DNA of 26,320 nt from an uncultured Rhodospirillaceae bacterium (GTDB lineage: Bacteria > Pseudomonadota > Alphaproteobacteria > Thalassobaculales > Thalassobaculaceae), in NCBI GenBank assembly GCA_937891725.1, contig CALAHL010000536.1:1-26320 (forward strand). The letters run 5' to 3'. The number at the start of each line of letters is the position of its first letter. The first letter of the stretch is position 1. A program made the translations under genes and the position numbers. A model generated the notes under the pieces. It saw only the letters and a list, made by a program, of their open reading frames with translations, made no database searches and was not told where the DNA came from. Positions 1 to 7,782 of the stretch are shown here, piece after piece.

Positions 1-2
1 AC

Positions 3-476
3 CAGGTAGATGCTTCATGCCGTCAAGCCAGACTCATTCAGCAACAGGCTCTTGAGAGCTGCGTGATGACCGGAGTGAGGCCGGGAAATGTTCCTATTGG
101 AAAAGTGGTTTTGAAAAACAGCGGCAATACGCCCGCTTCGAACCTGAAGGGCGTCGTTTATTCAGAAATTCGGCCTTTCCCAAACCATGGCCTTTCGTTC
201 TCCGTTGATCAGAATCACTCTGTCTCCAGTATGGTTTTGGGCCCAGGATCGACCTACGATTACACAGTGAATGGTAGTGAGGAACATCTTTCTTCTAATG
301 CTTACAATTGTATTCGACGTGGGACTATTGCTGTTTATTTATGGGGAGAATTTTGGTACTGCGACGGCTTTAGTAACCATATGAGAATGACAAAATTTAG
401 ATCTTTCTGCACCGGAATCTCTGGTGATGGATCTCTGTCGATGACCCCCATGAGCGAAGGTAGCGACTTCACCTAA
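3..476 (+). CDS. Hypothetical protein, 5'-truncated by window edge, low-GC
   Basis: The frame of the 63..476 ORF stays open to the window start (QVDASCRQARLIQQQALESCVMTG...), ending at TAA 474-476. Spot counts give ~45% GC versus high-60s elsewhere. No family recognised. Confidence 0.6.
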   Translation, partial: QVDASCRQARLIQQQALESCVMTGVRPGNVPIGKVVLKNSGNTPASNLKGVVYSEIRPFPNHGLSFSVDQNHSVSSMVLGPGSTYDYTVNGSEEHLSSNAYNCIRRGTIAVYLWGEFWYCDGFSNHMRMTKFRSFCTGISGDGSLSMTPMSEGSDFT

Positions 477-546
477 CGGGCTTCGAAAATTCACCCCATC
501 AGGTAGTGATTCACGGCACTATCCATATGATAATATTATCAACTGC

Positions 547-582
547 GGCCAGCACGCGATCCACGGGGACCACGTGCTGGCC
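547..582. terminator. Hairpin between convergent genes, possible terminator
   Basis: GGCCAGCACG (547-556) and CGTGCTGGCC (573-582) form a perfect 10-bp inverted repeat just past the stop of the 592..1590 gene. There is no clean U-tract. Confidence 0.4.
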
Positions 583-591
583 AGTAGGTTT

Positions 592-1590
592 TTAGTTGTG
601 GGAATGGGCCGACATGGCGCCGACCGGGCCGATCGGGACCGTCACGGTCATCTCCAGCCCGGTGTCGAAATGCAGGGTCAACGGAAAGCTCTCGCCCTCG
701 ACCAGAGGACGCCTGAGCCCGGTCATCATGACGTGATGTCCGCCCGGCTTCAGTGAGATCGTGCCGCCGCCCGGGATCATCAGGTGATCGATTTGCCGCA
801 TCTTGTGGGTCCCACCTTCCATTTTCATCTCGTGCAGCTCGATCCGTTCGGCAACCTCGCCCCGGATTTGGGTCAGCGCCAGCGGAGAATCGCCGGTGTT
901 GCGGAGCTGAACATATGCGGCACCAGTCCGCGCCGCCCCGGGTGTCGCCCGGGCAAAAGCTTTGGAGGCGGTGATCGGGCCGACCGTCACGGTGCTCGGG
1001 GCCGGGGCTGACGCGGCGTGGCTCTGATGGCCGCCACCACGCGCCTCGGTGATTTTCAGGACCGGTGCCGGATGCGGCAGGTCGTGCGGGTCCTGGCCCG
1101 GAGCGGCGATCTCGGTCCAGGCCACCTGGGCGTCGCCGCAGCTCTGGGTCACCCGGATCGGAAGCTCGGTGCCGTCCGGCAGATCGGTGATCCGGGCCCG
1201 GAACACGAACTCGTCGTAGAACGCGTCGGAGAGCGACCCCTCGGACCAGACAATCCGGCGCACACCCTCCGCCATTGGGGTTCCGTAATAATCGTAGGTC
1301 TTGTCGTAAGCACCGATCTCCGTGGCCAGCGTCCAGCCCGCCTTCGGCATCGGCTTGGCCGCGATCACCCCATCGGGAAGCTCGACGGTGAGCCGGTCGG
1401 TGGCGGCGCCGTCGCAGCCATGACCGATGCGGATGACCGCCTTATAGGTGCTGTTCGCGGCGGCGGTGGAGGATTCAAGGGTGGCATGGGCCGCGGCTGT
1501 GCCCGGCAGGGCGACCAACGCCCCCAGGGTCAGGGCGAGAGACAGAGTGACGAGCGGCGCACGCGCCGCAGAGGTCATGAACATGGTCAT
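592..1590 (-). CDS. Exported copper-binding fusion: DUF1775 (YcnI-like) domain + PCu(A)C copper chaperone domain
   Basis: Signal peptide ending AAA-H. YcnI-like N-domain (HATLES...IGHGC...KPMPKAGW...FYDEFVF...VAWTE...HPAP). The C-domain has the exact PCuAC motif H-x10-M-x21-H-x-M (HEMKMEGGTHKM...GHHVM). AGGA SD precedes ATG 1590. Confidence 0.9.
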   Translation of the reverse strand: MTMFMTSAARAPLVTLSLALTLGALVALPGTAAAHATLESSTAAANSTYKAVIRIGHGCDGAATDRLTVELPDGVIAAKPMPKAGWTLATEIGAYDKTYDYYGTPMAEGVRRIVWSEGSLSDAFYDEFVFRARITDLPDGTELPIRVTQSCGDAQVAWTEIAAPGQDPHDLPHPAPVLKITEARGGGHQSHAASAPAPSTVTVGPITASKAFARATPGAARTGAAYVQLRNTGDSPLALTQIRGEVAERIELHEMKMEGGTHKMRQIDHLMIPGGGTISLKPGGHHVMMTGLRRPLVEGESFPLTLHFDTGLEMTVTVPIGPVGAMSAHSHN

Positions 1591-1656
1591 GAATTAACAT
1601 CCTGTTTTTGATTGTATTTTTGATCCGGTATATTGCTCGGATCGGCCGAAAGCAGG

Positions 1657-2082
1657 TCAGGTTTCGGCGATCTGGGGCGGCGCGCGGGCGTGGTTGCTTC
1701 CCCACAACGCGACACGGCGCGGCGGGTCGAGTGGCCGAGTCCACAGGACCGCAGGGTCGCCGGAGGCGGGGCGCGGGACGATATCGCCCAGGTCCGGCGC
1801 CTGGATCGCATGCGATCCCGCCAGGAAGCAGGCCGGGCAATGCGGGTAGCGGTTGGGGTCCGGACGCGGGCCGTCGCCGCCGTCGAGCGCGCGGGTGGTC
1901 GGCCCGCTGGGCGAACAGATCTCGATGATCGCCAGACCGTCCGGGGCCGACTGCGCCGCATGGGCGACGACCACGCCGAGCAGGATCTGGAACAGAACCG
2001 ACAGCGTCGCGAGAACCGACACAAGATCTCGGACGCTCCGCTCCGGGCCGGCGGTCGTGGTAACGGGTCGGATCGAATTCAT
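1657..2082 (-). CDS. DUF2946-like (CruR-like) leader peptide with CxxC and C-terminal RAPP motif
   Basis: Hydrophobic N-terminal segment LVSVLATLSVLFQILLGVVVAHAA, IEIC, CPAC (1828-1839), Pro-rich linker, ARAPP (RAPP at 1675-1686) five codons before the stop. ATG 2082 is preferred over GTG 2106. Confidence 0.8.
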   Translation of the reverse strand: MNSIRPVTTTAGPERSVRDLVSVLATLSVLFQILLGVVVAHAAQSAPDGLAIIEICSPSGPTTRALDGGDGPRPDPNRYPHCPACFLAGSHAIQAPDLGDIVPRPASGDPAVLWTRPLDPPRRVALWGSNHARAPPQIAET

Positions 2083-2148
2083 GGCGCCGAAGCTAATCCC
2101 GGACACGGGGCAAGGAAAGCGGAAAACGCCGCCGGAGATGCGACATCG

Positions 2149-2505
2149 TCACCCTTTCCGCCCCGCCTTCTCGTCCAGGCCGGACAGGCCCTCGCGGCGG
2201 GCCAGCTCGGACCAGACCTGGGCGGGATCGAGCCCCGCCGCCGTCCAGACCACCAGCAAATGGTACAGCAGATCGGCACTTTCGGCGGCGAGCTTCTCGG
2301 ACTTTCCGCTGCCGGCGTCCAGCTTGATCGCCTCGATCACCGTCTCGACCGCTTCCTCGCCGAGCTTCTGGGCGCATGTCTCCATGCCGCGCGCCAGCAG
2401 CTTGGCGGTGTAGCTTTCCGAGGGGTCAGCGCCGCGCCGGGTCGCCAGGGTGGCGGCGAGTTGGTCCAGAACGGCGGCGGTCGCCTTCGCGTCAGGCCCG
2501 GTCAT
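2149..2505 (-). CDS. hisE: Phosphoribosyl-ATP pyrophosphohydrolase
   Basis: SYTAKLL...[11 protein letters not shown]...[11 protein letters not shown] motif. ATG 2505 overlaps the hisF stop (ATGA). The longer 252-aa ORF call is spurious upstream. Confidence 0.95.
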   Translation of the reverse strand: MTGPDAKATAAVLDQLAATLATRRGADPSESYTAKLLARGMETCAQKLGEEAVETVIEAIKLDAGSGKSEKLAAESADLLYHLLVVWTAAGLDPAQVWSELARREGLSGLDEKAGRKG

Positions 2506-3278
2506 ATGTCCTCCCGCACCGGCAACCCGGCCTGCGCCATCCTGGCCTTCACCTCGGAGATCCGGTAGGTGCCAAAATGGAAGATCGAGGCGGCCAGGAC
2601 CGCGCTGGCATGGCCCTTGGTCACGCCCTCGACCATGTGATCCAGGGTCCCGACCCCGCCGGACGCGATCACCGGCACCGAGACCGCGTCGGCGACCGCC
2701 CGGGTCAGCTCCAGATCGAAGCCGGATTTGGTGCCGTCCTTGTCCATCGAGGTCAGCAGGATCTCGCCCGCCCCCAGCTCGACCAGACGCTGGCACCAGC
2801 TGACGGCCTCCAGGCCGGTCGGATTGCGGCCGCCATGGGTGAACACCTCGAACCGGGTCTCGCCGCCCTCGGTGACCCGCTTGGGGTCGACCGCGACGGT
2901 GATGCACTGGCTGCCGAACTTGAGAGCGGCCTGACGCACGAACTCGGGATCCTTGACCGCGGCGGTGTTGATCGAGACCTTGTCGGCGCCGGCCAGCAGC
3001 AGTTTTCGGATGTCCTCCAGGGTGCGGACCCCTCCGCCGACCGTCAGCGGCATGAAGCAGTGCTCCGCCGTGCTGGCCACCACGTCGAACAGGGTGTCGC
3101 GGCCTTCATGGCTGGCGGTGATGTCGAGAAAGCAGAGCTCGTCCGCCCCTTCCGCATCGTAGATCCGCGCCTGCTCGACCGGATCTCCCGCATCGACCAG
3201 ATCGACGAAATTGACGCCTTTGACGACCCGGCCGTCCTTCACGTCGAGACAGGGAATAACCCGGACGGTCAAGCTCAT
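2502..3278 (-). CDS. hisF: Imidazole glycerol phosphate synthase cyclase subunit
   Basis: [56 protein letters not shown]. Confidence 0.98.
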   Translation of the reverse strand: MSLTVRVIPCLDVKDGRVVKGVNFVDLVDAGDPVEQARIYDAEGADELCFLDITASHEGRDTLFDVVASTAEHCFMPLTVGGGVRTLEDIRKLLLAGADKVSINTAAVKDPEFVRQAALKFGSQCITVAVDPKRVTEGGETRFEVFTHGGRNPTGLEAVSWCQRLVELGAGEILLTSMDKDGTKSGFDLELTRAVADAVSVPVIASGGVGTLDHMVEGVTKGHASAVLAASIFHFGTYRISEVKARMAQAGLPVREDI

Positions 3279-4006
3279 GCCGCAGCCCCCAGCAGACGCG
3301 CCGCCGCACCGGGCTCGACCCGGCCGTCATAGAGCGCGCGGCCGACGATCGCGCCCGCGACACCGTCCGCCTCCAGGGCCTTGATCGCCGCCAGATCCTC
3401 CAGCGACGAAACCCCGCCCGAGGCGATCACCGGGGTGGTCAGCAGACGGGCCAGAGCCCCGGTCGCCTCGAGATTGGGGCCCTGCATCGCCCCGTCCCGG
3501 TCGATATCGGTGAACACGATCGCCGCCACACCCGCATCCTCGAACGCCAGCGCCAGATCGGTCGCGGTCATCTCCGAGGTCTCGGCCCAACCCTCGACCG
3601 CCACCTTGCCGCCGCGCGCATCGATTCCCACCGCGATCCGCTCGGGATATTGCCGGCAGGCGGCCTTGACCAGATCCGGATCCCGCAAGGCCACCGTGCC
3701 CAGCACCACGCGCCGGATTCCGGCGTCCAGCCAGCGCGCGATCGCCGCCATGTCACGGATGCCGCCGCCCAGTTGAACCGGGACCGTGACGGATTTCAGG
3801 ATGGACTGGACCGCCGCCGCGTTGACCGCCCGGCCCGCGAACGCTCCGTCCAGGTCCACCACATGGACCCAGCCGCAGCCGGCGCTCTCGAAGCTGGCGG
3901 CCTGCGCGCCCGGATCGTCGCCATAGACGGTGGCGGCGTCCATTTCACCTCGCAAAAGGCGGACACACTGGCCGCCCTTCAGGTCAATCGCGGGATACAG
4001 GATCAT
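3275..4006 (-). CDS. hisA: ProFAR isomerase
   Basis: [47 protein letters not shown]. Confidence 0.97.
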   Translation of the reverse strand: MILYPAIDLKGGQCVRLLRGEMDAATVYGDDPGAQAASFESAGCGWVHVVDLDGAFAGRAVNAAAVQSILKSVTVPVQLGGGIRDMAAIARWLDAGIRRVVLGTVALRDPDLVKAACRQYPERIAVGIDARGGKVAVEGWAETSEMTATDLALAFEDAGVAAIVFTDIDRDGAMQGPNLEATGALARLLTTPVIASGGVSSLEDLAAIKALEADGVAGAIVGRALYDGRVEPGAAARLLGAAA

Positions 4007-4587
4007 GCGCCATCCTCGCTCTGCGTCTCGTTGAGCAGTTTGTAATAGAACAGGCCCCTGATCGGCCGGTCGTTCACCTTGGCGTAGAACGGATGTTCGC
4101 CGAATTTCCGGTAGCCGAGCGTTTCGTACATCCGGATCGCCGCCCGCTGGGTCTCCCGCACATCCAGGTTGAGCACCTGGAAGCCGATGCGACGGGCGTG
4201 ATCCTCACCGATTTCCATCAGCTTGCGCGCCAACCCGTGCCCCCGCGCCCAGGGCGCCACGAAGAAGGTGGTCTGATTGCAGGCGAAGCTCTGGGCCTCA
4301 TTGTTCCGCGGCGGCCGCTGAATCTGGCAGGATCCGGCGATCACCCCGTCCAGCCGACCGACGAACAGGTCCCGCTCCGGAATCAGAACCACGCCCCGCC
4401 AGAACTGCTCCAGCGTGTGGCGCGGCGGGGGTTTCAGCCAGCCGAACCCGCCGCCGTCGATGATCGCCGCCTCGGCCGCGTCACACAGATCGTGCAGGTC
4501 GGCGGGCGAGAGTTCCGTCAGCTGCTCGACGGTCACCTTGGGAGGCGACGGCATGTCCAGGCCCCGGGCCCCCGTGTCATCCGTCAT
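4003..4587 (-). CDS. GNAT family N-acetyltransferase
   Basis: [17 protein letters not shown] (acetyl-CoA binding motif A), [21 protein letters not shown] (motif B). ATGA overlaps with hisH (4584-4587) and hisA (4003-4006). Confidence 0.9.
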   Translation of the reverse strand: MTDDTGARGLDMPSPPKVTVEQLTELSPADLHDLCDAAEAAIIDGGGFGWLKPPPRHTLEQFWRGVVLIPERDLFVGRLDGVIAGSCQIQRPPRNNEAQSFACNQTTFFVAPWARGHGLARKLMEIGEDHARRIGFQVLNLDVRETQRAAIRMYETLGYRKFGEHPFYAKVNDRPIRGLFYYKLLNETQSEDGA

Positions 4588-5243
4588 GGCGTCCACTCCA
4601 GAAAGTTCGAGATCAGCCGCAGCCCGGTCTTCTGTGATTTCTCCGGGTGGAACTGGGTGCCCACCATATTCTCGCGCCCGATGATCGCGGTCACCGGGCC
4701 ACCGTAGTCGACGCCGGCCAGGCGGTCCGGCGCGTGCGCGACCGTCATCGCGTAGGAATGAACGAAATAAGCATAATCCCCTCCGCCGAGACCTTCCAGA
4801 ACCGGATGTGTAACCGTGGCGATCTCCAGTCGGTTCCAGCCCATATGCGGAATCTTCCGCGCGCGCCCGTCCGCCTCCGGCGTCGGCTCGATCCGCTCGA
4901 CCACGCCGGGCACCCAGCCGAACCCCTCGGTCCGTCCGTGCTCCAGGCCGGCATCGGCCATCAGCTGCATCCCGACGCAGATCCCGAGAAACGGCACGCC
5001 CGCGCCCCGCACCCGTTCGGTCAGCACCTCCATCATGCCGTCGACCGCCAGCAGGCCCGCCTTGCAGTCGGCATAGGCCCCCACCCCCGGCAGCACGATC
5101 CGGTCGGCCCGGCGCACCGCGTCGGCATCACCGGTCACCAGGATCTCCCCGTGCAGCCCCAGCTCCGCCACACAGCGCTGAAACGCTTTCGCGGCGGACC
5201 GGAGATTGCCGGATCCGTAATCGATGATGGCGGTGGTGGTCAT
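4584..5243 (-). CDS. hisH: Imidazole glycerol phosphate synthase glutaminase subunit
   Basis: [26 protein letters not shown] (catalytic Cys), YFVHSY, QFHPEKS. Confidence 0.97.
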   Translation of the reverse strand: MTTTAIIDYGSGNLRSAAKAFQRCVAELGLHGEILVTGDADAVRRADRIVLPGVGAYADCKAGLLAVDGMMEVLTERVRGAGVPFLGICVGMQLMADAGLEHGRTEGFGWVPGVVERIEPTPEADGRARKIPHMGWNRLEIATVTHPVLEGLGGGDYAYFVHSYAMTVAHAPDRLAGVDYGGPVTAIIGRENMVGTQFHPEKSQKTGLRLISNFLEWTP

Positions 5244-5327
5244 GTCAGGTCCTCGCCCGAGCGCTCCGGCTGGTATCGAACCGGCCCGTGCCGAGACCGG
5301 AGGGTCGGAGACGGGTCGGAAGTGGGA

Positions 5328-5954
5328 TCAATCGGAGCGCAGCGCGCCCTTGGTCGACGGGATCGCATCGGCCTTGCGGGGATCGATCTCCACCGCCTGG
5401 CGCAACGCCCGGGCCAGCCCCTTGAAGCTGGCCTCGATCATATGATGGCTGTTCTCGCCGTGCAGGATCTCGACATGAAGCGTGGCCCCCGCCGCCTGCG
5501 CGAAGGCGCGGAACCACTCCTTGAACAGCTCGGTATCGAACTCGCCGATCTTCTGGGTCGGAAACGCCACATCCCAGTACAGGTAAGGCCGGCCGGACAG
5601 ATCGATCGCCACCCGCGCCAGGGTCTCGTCCATCGGCAACAGGGCCGAGCCGTAGCGGGTGATGCCCTTGCGATCGCCCAACGCCTTGGCGACCGCCGCC
5701 CCCACCACATAGCCCGAATCCTCGGTGGTGTGGTGAAAGTCGATGTGCAGATCGCCTTTGGCGGTCAGCTCCAGATCGATCAGCGAATGGCGCGACAGCT
5801 GTTCCAGCATGTGATCGAGAAACCCGATCCCGGTCGACACGGTGTACGCGCCGGTGCCGTCCAGGGCCACCGAACCGGTGATCTTGGTCTCATTGGTGTC
5901 GCGGGAGATGGTGGCCGTGCGCCCCGTCCCGCTTTTGCTGCCGGCTTCCGCCAT
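5328..5954 (-). CDS. hisB: Imidazoleglycerol-phosphate dehydratase
   Basis: [56 protein letters not shown] precedes ATG 5954. Confidence 0.97.
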   Translation of the reverse strand: MAEAGSKSGTGRTATISRDTNETKITGSVALDGTGAYTVSTGIGFLDHMLEQLSRHSLIDLELTAKGDLHIDFHHTTEDSGYVVGAAVAKALGDRKGITRYGSALLPMDETLARVAIDLSGRPYLYWDVAFPTQKIGEFDTELFKEWFRAFAQAAGATLHVEILHGENSHHMIEASFKGLARALRQAVEIDPRKADAIPSTKGALRSD

Positions 5955-6036
5955 GATCGCCTCCATCTTCAAGCGGGCGGAGGTTTACCAGGAAGTGCCG
6001 AGGGGGGCTAGTCCGCAGGTACAGGGCGAACCCAGC

Positions 6037-6495
6037 TCAGACCGGCAGCTCACCATTGACCACATAGCGCAGGATCTGGACCACCTGTTCGGGATGTTCG
6101 GCCACCGCGAGGGCGGCGCCGTCGACTTCCTTGAGCGGGTGGGTGTGTTCCGGCGCATGCACCACGATCAGCGGCGTGCCGAGCGCGGCCGCGTATCCGG
6201 CGTCGAACGCCGCGTTCCACTGTTTGTATTTCTCACCGAACCGCACGACCACGATATCGGCCTGCTCGATCAGGGTCCGGGTGCGGATCGCGTTGAGCTT
6301 GGCCCCCTTGTGATCCTTCCAGAAGCCTTTGTCCTCGGCCCCCAGGATCGCCACACCGCAGTCGTCGCTGGCGTCGTGATCGGTCACCGGGCCGGTGAAC
6401 GCGATGTCCAGGCCTGCGGCCAAGGCGCCGTTGCGGATCACGTCCCGCCAGTCGGTGTGGATCTCGCCTGAAAGGTAGACGGTCAGGTGTTCCAT
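6037..6495 (-). CDS. YtoQ family protein (nucleoside 2-deoxyribosyltransferase-like fold)
   Basis: VYLSGEIHTDWR, HDASDDCG, NAIRTRTLIEQADIVVVRFGEKYKQWNAAFDAGYAAALG, HPLKEVD. GGAG SD precedes ATG 6495. Confidence 0.8.
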   Translation of the reverse strand: MEHLTVYLSGEIHTDWRDVIRNGALAAGLDIAFTGPVTDHDASDDCGVAILGAEDKGFWKDHKGAKLNAIRTRTLIEQADIVVVRFGEKYKQWNAAFDAGYAAALGTPLIVVHAPEHTHPLKEVDGAALAVAEHPEQVVQILRYVVNGELPV

Positions 6496-6550
6496 ATGCT
6501 GCTCCCGGTTTCGGTTTTGCCGGGACCATAAACGCAGCACTCAGCAGACA

Positions 6551-6592
6551 CTAGGCTTTCGGCGCCAAAGGCTAGGCTTTCGGCGCCAGAGG
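6551..6592. repeat. 21-bp tandem duplication of the parB 3' end
   Basis: ctaggctttcggcgccaaagg (6551-6571) and ctaggctttcggcgccagagg (6572-6592) are 20/21 identical. On the minus strand each copy reads PLAPKA-stop. Confidence 0.95.
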
Positions 6593-7669
6593 ATCGTCGT
6601 CGTCGTCCTCATCGTCGCCCGGCTCCAAATCGGGATCGATATCCGTGTCGTCCTCCAGGCCGGAGGCGAACTCCGACGCCTTCCGCATGTTCTCCTCGAA
6701 ATTGTCGGCGAGCTCACCGGAGAAATCCGGGGAGGTGAACGGCGCCCGCTCGGCCGAGCCGGTGGAGATGTTCGACAGCCGCTCGACGATCAGATCGAGC
6801 TGGTCCAGATCGCCGTAGCGGATGGTGACCAGCCCGGCGCCGGTCTTGGAATTGTGATCGATCGCGACCGTCAGACCCAGCCGTTCCGTCAGATCCTCTT
6901 CCAGCACGCGGGTATCGGCGTCCTTCTGCTTGCCCGCCCCGCCGGAGCGCTTGCTGGCCGCAGGCGCGCCGCCGGCCTTCTCGTTCTGGACCAGCCGCTC
7001 GGTCTCGCGCACGTTCAGCTTTCGGGTCACGACGATCCGGGCCAGCGCCGAGGGGTCTTCCGCCGACAGCAGGGCGCGGGCATGCCCCATGGTCAGCTGG
7101 CCGTCGTCGAGCAGGGCGCGCGCCTCCTCCGGCAACAGCAGCAGACGCATCATGTTTGCGACATGGCTGCGGCTTTTCGCGACCGCCCGGGCGATCGCCT
7201 CCTGGCTGTGTCCGTAATCCTCGGTCAGGCGCCGATAGCCCTCGGCCTCCTCGAGCGGGCCGAGATCCTTGCGCTGGACGTTCTCGACCAGGGCGATCTC
7301 CATCGCCGTCCGGTCGTCGAACTCCCGCACCAGGACCGGAACCTCGTGCAGCTGCGCCATCTGCGAGGCCCGCCAGCGCCGCTCACCGGCGATGATCTGA
7401 TAGCCCTCGCCCTCGGGATCGCGGCGCACCAGGATCGGCTGAAGCACGCCGTTCTCCCGAATGCTCTCCGACAGCTCCCGCAATTCCTCCTCGTCGAACC
7501 GGCGACGGGGCTGGAACGGGCCGGGCGCCAGCCGTTCGATCGGCAGGGACCGGGTCTGACGCAGACGGTCGAGCTGCGCCTGATCCTCGTCCTCATCCTC
7601 GCCCAGCAGAGCCGACAGCCCTCGCCCGAGCTTCTTGTTGGTCTTCTTCGGCGCGGGTTCGTCACTCAT
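6572..7669 (-). CDS. parB: Chromosome partitioning protein ParB with acidic C-terminal extension
   Basis: LGRGLSALLGE ParA-interaction motif, QPRRRF, IIAGERRWRA CTP-binding box, ENVQRKDL, HTH SQEAIARAVAKSRSHVANMMRLL. Start ATG 7669. Confidence 0.97.
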   Translation of the reverse strand: MSDEPAPKKTNKKLGRGLSALLGEDEDEDQAQLDRLRQTRSLPIERLAPGPFQPRRRFDEEELRELSESIRENGVLQPILVRRDPEGEGYQIIAGERRWRASQMAQLHEVPVLVREFDDRTAMEIALVENVQRKDLGPLEEAEGYRRLTEDYGHSQEAIARAVAKSRSHVANMMRLLLLPEEARALLDDGQLTMGHARALLSAEDPSALARIVVTRKLNVRETERLVQNEKAGGAPAASKRSGGAGKQKDADTRVLEEDLTERLGLTVAIDHNSKTGAGLVTIRYGDLDQLDLIVERLSNISTGSAERAPFTSPDFSGELADNFEENMRKASEFASGLEDDTDIDPDLEPGDDEDDDDDPLAPKA

Positions 7670-7727
7670 GAAAGGATCTCTGCTGATGGCAAGTCGGTAG
7701 TCCGTGCGGTTTCGTAGATTTCCGTCC

Positions 7728-7761
7728 ATATAGGGTAATCGGGAATTTCATTACCCTATAT
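7728..7761. promoter_or_regulatory. Perfect 12-bp inverted repeat with 10-bp spacer between parA and parB (function unknown)
   Basis: ATATAGGGTAAT (7728-7739) - cgggaatttc - ATTACCCTATAT (7750-7761). It is AT-rich in a GC-rich context. Confidence 0.6.
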
Positions 7762-7782
7762 AGAGTGTGGTAGCGACGGCGC

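Noticed and set aside
5269-5285. tRNA T-arm-like GCCGGTTCGATACCAGC (minus strand) between hisB and hisH
   Set aside because: One stem mismatch, and no acceptor stem, D-arm or anticodon arm could be built in the 84-nt gap.
4647-6011. Long + strand ORFs (454 aa here; also 10231..11706, 15739..17163, 19729..20634) and long - strand ORFs 22870..24528 and 24405..25907
   Set aside because: They are antisense shadows of well-supported genes, expected from high-GC codon bias. They show no motifs and have R/G/P/A-rich composition.
7728-7761. dif/Xer or lox-type recombination site interpretation of the parA-parB palindrome
   Set aside because: The arm sequences and 12-10-12 geometry do not match dif (11-6-11) or lox/FRT (13-8-13), and dif is expected at the terminus.
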